Shown here: positions 59,901-62,398 of the stretch, piece by piece | Layout: every line of letters begins with the position of its first letter | Position numbering within the stretch: position 1 is the first letter of the stretch | Source: a bacterium | GTDB taxonomy: Bacteria > Patescibacteriota > Gracilibacteria > UBA1369 > PNNO01 | DNA length: 62,398 nt | Reading direction: 5' to 3' | NCBI GenBank assembly: GCA_021158225.1 | Contig: JAGGUZ010000016.1 | Span: 1-62,398, forward strand | The notes under the pieces: model-generated | Database searches by the model: none | Told to the model about the DNA's origin: nothing | The model's input: only the letters and a program-made list of their open reading frames with translations | Position numbers and translations under genes: made by a program

Positions 59901-62398
59901 CATTTGCAGAAGTTGGAGCTGCAATTAAATTAGGGAAAAAGGTTAAACTAAAATGGAGTCTTGGTACAACAATCGGCTTTAGCGGAGCTTCAGCTGCTGT
60001 TGAGTTCCCTGTTACAAGCGAATGGGATATGTATGTGGGAGCGGGAGTCGGCGTTGACTGGCAAGGTAAAGCTGGAATCGGAGCCGCAATCGGAGCTAGA
60101 TGGGACAAACTGAGAGCAGAGAGGATCCGTGAAACAAAAGCTCTAAAAGAAAGAGGAGTAAAAGAAATAGATAAGTTAATAAGTGCCGGTAATACAGAAA
60201 GAGCGGTAGCACTTATTTTAAGAAATAAAACTTTCGGAGAATATGTAAAAGCACTTAAAGCTAAATTTAATTTACCAAGTTCTGTTCTAGTAGACATCTA
60301 TCAAAATGCAAGAACACAGTGGCTTAATGCCGCACGAAGAGGCGTTAAAATCCCGGCAGTAACAGGATTTGGAGTTGGAGTGTTTGCCGGAGCAAGTGTA
60401 AACCCAGGTGAAACCGGTGTTAGTGTTGGAGCTTACATAACATTTAAAATCCCCGGAACAACCGTTAATTATGTAATAAGACAAGAACATCCAAAATATT
60501 CCGAGTATGTTCAAACCCAAATTGCACAAGAAACCTTAAAAAAGAAATTATTAAAAGCCGGTAACGGCAGAAATGTTATTTCATCGTTTGTCTTGTCCGC
60601 AAACAGTGGAGTTGTATATTTTGATTCAAGACTCGGACGCGGACATATTGCAAGACCAAACGGTACAAGTGAGATGAGACAATCTATTGCCATAAGACAA
60701 GGACGGGAACAAATTGCTAACATTGCAAGGAAAGGTACTCTTGATGCAATTAGACGAACATTTTCGAATTTGGATATGCATGTAGAAATGGTTCCGGATC
60801 CAAAAAATCCAAAACAACATCTACTTGCAATTAGCCCACTTCAAACGCAGGGAAGCAATGTTGAAATGCTCATCGATCCAAAACTTAAGAGCAAAGGAAT
60901 TATTTTAGACAAAGCAAATAACAGAATATTGCTTGCGGCAAGCGAAGCACGCAAGCTTTATGTAACTCGAACAAAATATAGATATCCGTTTGCTCGAAAA
61001 GGCGCAATGAATCTTGAAGTAATTGCATTCAAAGACGATCTAAGAAGAAGCAATATAGAGATTAGAGAAGATTCTCCGCACTATATATATAAGTATAAAG
61101 GAGAAAAATATGCAATGGTTCGAGGTGAAGCCAGAACCGGTCTTTCAGAAGAGAGCAGTAATACAATAACCCTTGAACAGTATAAAAAAAGAAAAGCAAG
61201 ACTCGAGACATTCAAAGATAAAAAACTCGAATTTAGTCTTCTGGAAGGTAAAAAATTAACATCAAAAATGTCAGATGCGGTTGGATATAAAGAACAAGAA
61301 CCTGTTAGATTCGACCAACTTAGACTTAAAGATTTTGCAGACAGCGTATTGGAAAAGCATATGGAAGCATTCCAGAAAGGCCTTGTAAGAGTTGATACTC
61401 CTGAAAAAGAAGCGATATTTAAGACAGAGGTTTTTGGAAGATTAAAAGATGATTTTAAAAAATTCGCGAAAGATATTCTTAAAAATCCAAATTTATCATT
61501 AAATGAACAAGAATTAAACCTTCTATACACTTATATGATCAACCAATCGTTCTCTAAACTAATGAGCAAAAGTGAAGCTGTTATTAACAGACGGCTTGAA
61601 AAAAGAAATAAGTTGTTTAGAGCTTATATGAAAAATTATATAAATAACTTCAAAGCTAAATATCCTGACAAATGGGCGGAAATAAAAGCAATAGATCCTA
61701 CAATAAGTCCGGACTCAATTGCTAATTATTTAATGCTTACAATGCCTCAAAACGCAAATCAATTAAGAGCATTCTTAGGAAGAAAAGGATTGCCAATCGA
61801 AGAAGGATTAAAATTTGCTTCTTACACAAGAAAATATGATGACAAGCACAAGGCACACGAGGCATTCGCAACATCTTACGGAACTCAAATGCCGGAAAGC
61901 ATGAAACCGATCTTGGAAATGGTAAACCCCACTAAACTTAACATAAATTCTCCAGATCCAAGAGAAAGAGCTGCCGCAAGACTTATTTTACAAGTAATGT
62001 CACCTCTAAGTACGGAAAATCTTGAAACACCACAAGGTAAAAAAGATTTCTTAACTTCCGAGCTTTCACTCCTTGTAATTTCCATGTATGACGAAAAAAC
62101 AGGTATTTCACCAATGATAGAAGTGCTTGGAAAGAAAAATTATCAAGGAATGATTGCAATTTACAAAGCTCTTAAAGAAGGAAAAGGATTAGCTGGTGCA
62201 ATTAATGCAAACTCACAAGCATTTGATCAATTTAAGATACTTGTTATGGGTATCCGAAACGCACAATTAAATGCGCAACCTACATTTGTATTTAAAAACA
62301 AATATATATTCCATTTAAATAAAACCGAAGTTTATTCAGGTCCATATTTAAAATGCGGAAACGGAACAATCGCCGCAAGACAACAAATCGGACTATCG
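56996..62398 (+). CDS. Giant hypothetical protein, partial (at least 1801 aa, runs off window end; missing from the ORF track)
   Basis: Read codon by codon from ATG 56996 (MFLKKSMHFLNNVFKKELFICESKPVYL...) to ...ARQQIGLS with no stop; promoter upstream; the short ORFs listed here are shadows. Confidence 0.9.
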   Translation, partial: MFLKKSMHFLNNVFKKELFICESKPVYLSFRNNETRTERVVPNETVKDRMSLNRKAIKKLREELAKGKEYKKGFEKYIGKKIFRNTYKKKLTENDTMKMGIDMVGILLNYLPKEKNRKETSNRYNFITPLLEDISKIARSNLNIINRYIPISIQLGPGSVLEFYNDKKKFSLKFDLELDSPRLQLIQSQLDHLQRSKERKAQVREQIHARTRTQLSGMRQSINPSAEFTNQLMRTSKSPYLKKKGDIFVIDFKGKSKHIDRKAEKQTKIQDILDLSRLNGGNMYVRIHLDGVSPNGVKHKYWAYYHPTQRTFIVERTTKRARVFHGTKIDKIEYRVATPKKATMPIVAPSRKQKKAPRISESRRRAERLGRIERKNWDNFHRNHAYIFKNKRFYVPRFIQDDDDFKNNWGRIDATLEGSLARPPFNLRSTKARRKYIQDVIQGNSMFDLNSRLYAQDFFETKVNGKNLYKGGYKKFLKDFHSVDKKMARLGMDYLHPRNAEETDLAKKWSKLQSIAFGLASVFNALGRLSIHPKQAETNTDIYRIKFLGIKQISEREMKKLRPLKYHSLQSLLHGKENAPSGIDIGVSNKILTNIKDIVIDNEAPNLNIRKLLKAKGGLKLMFMAFGLNSLIERGCVKKLDGKHYVIVRIPTNGWSNALLTIENNKAKLYDPSRENLKKWEEVRESINNGRRARNFILKIFRPNGSEVKQNINWWKKLWHWDFKNKKKITMAYLGKITLNPSDLEKHVATDRGYWDMMEKTSKRVEGTSLYEPQKEKVLRLSNQYLEYGLLATFMNTSPKNLKDVTNQILRDFDIENKVHLKTPLNKKENRIGNIKEIHRAISLKGLNPAYLTNAHIKMIRMGYVLGRQIETASNWSEVMKDNLSTKPLYRKIQLKALRDGCPIYKLKEVEQRVHLAIFGLSQSMHAPGVHNLNVRGGGGAVAIDLGEWAGQKWHMSVGAAGVDGKFMPFAEVGAAIKLGKKVKLKWSLGTTIGFSGASAAVEFPVTSEWDMYVGAGVGVDWQGKAGIGAAIGARWDKLRAERIRETKALKERGVKEIDKLISAGNTERAVALILRNKTFGEYVKALKAKFNLPSSVLVDIYQNARTQWLNAARRGVKIPAVTGFGVGVFAGASVNPGETGVSVGAYITFKIPGTTVNYVIRQEHPKYSEYVQTQIAQETLKKKLLKAGNGRNVISSFVLSANSGVVYFDSRLGRGHIARPNGTSEMRQSIAIRQGREQIANIARKGTLDAIRRTFSNLDMHVEMVPDPKNPKQHLLAISPLQTQGSNVEMLIDPKLKSKGIILDKANNRILLAASEARKLYVTRTKYRYPFARKGAMNLEVIAFKDDLRRSNIEIREDSPHYIYKYKGEKYAMVRGEARTGLSEESSNTITLEQYKKRKARLETFKDKKLEFSLLEGKKLTSKMSDAVGYKEQEPVRFDQLRLKDFADSVLEKHMEAFQKGLVRVDTPEKEAIFKTEVFGRLKDDFKKFAKDILKNPNLSLNEQELNLLYTYMINQSFSKLMSKSEAVINRRLEKRNKLFRAYMKNYINNFKAKYPDKWAEIKAIDPTISPDSIANYLMLTMPQNANQLRAFLGRKGLPIEEGLKFASYTRKYDDKHKAHEAFATSYGTQMPESMKPILEMVNPTKLNINSPDPRERAAARLILQVMSPLSTENLETPQGKKDFLTSELSLLVISMYDEKTGISPMIEVLGKKNYQGMIAIYKALKEGKGLAGAINANSQAFDQFKILVMGIRNAQLNAQPTFVFKNKYIFHLNKTEVYSGPYLKCGNGTIAARQQIGLS

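Noticed and set aside
57073-62085. Numerous short ORFs listed in the track over the last 5 kb
   Set aside because: Antisense or off-frame shadows of the single giant plus-strand ORF.
1-62398. Genetic code 25 (TGA=Gly) as in Gracilibacteria BD1-5/Absconditabacteria
   Set aside because: Conserved genes are full length in code 11, and TGA falls at the expected ends of tgt, secDF and hpf.

Overview
AT-rich bacterial chromosomal segment in standard code 11: long ORFs carry no in-frame TGA, and TGA ends secDF, tgt and hpf. Gene content suggests a Patescibacteria/CPR genome, most plausibly Peregrinibacteria-like (inference): an SLH-S41 protease, an orphan VirB4-like ATPase, a PEGA protein, a prepilin peptidase and starts mostly lacking Shine-Dalgarno sites. 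Most of the window is densely packed housekeeping DNA (gyrA, rpmE, aroC, tgt, ruvA, ruvC, purQ, glmS, pyk, gpmI, manC, secDF, tRNA-Arg(TCG), an RND pump, priA, trpS, pyrG, lgt-like, greA, rpoD, dnaG, wecA-like, truB, murE, hpf, tpiA). I found no CRISPR array, integrase or IS element. Five architectures stand out. (1) An acyltransferase that tracks eukaryotic tafazzin motif by motif. (2) A giant ORF of at least 1801 codons, absent from the ORF track (56996 to window end), with Gly-rich amphipathic beta-strand blocks and no signal peptide. (3) A SecDF fusion with parvulin PPIase domains inserted in its extracytoplasmic head plus an extra TM hairpin. (4) A PurQ fused to two tandem PurS-like domains. 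(5) An archaeal-type triosephosphate isomerase and an Lgt homologue with a degenerate signature. All homology calls come from motif recognition by eye, with reference sequences recalled from memory; no database searches were run.
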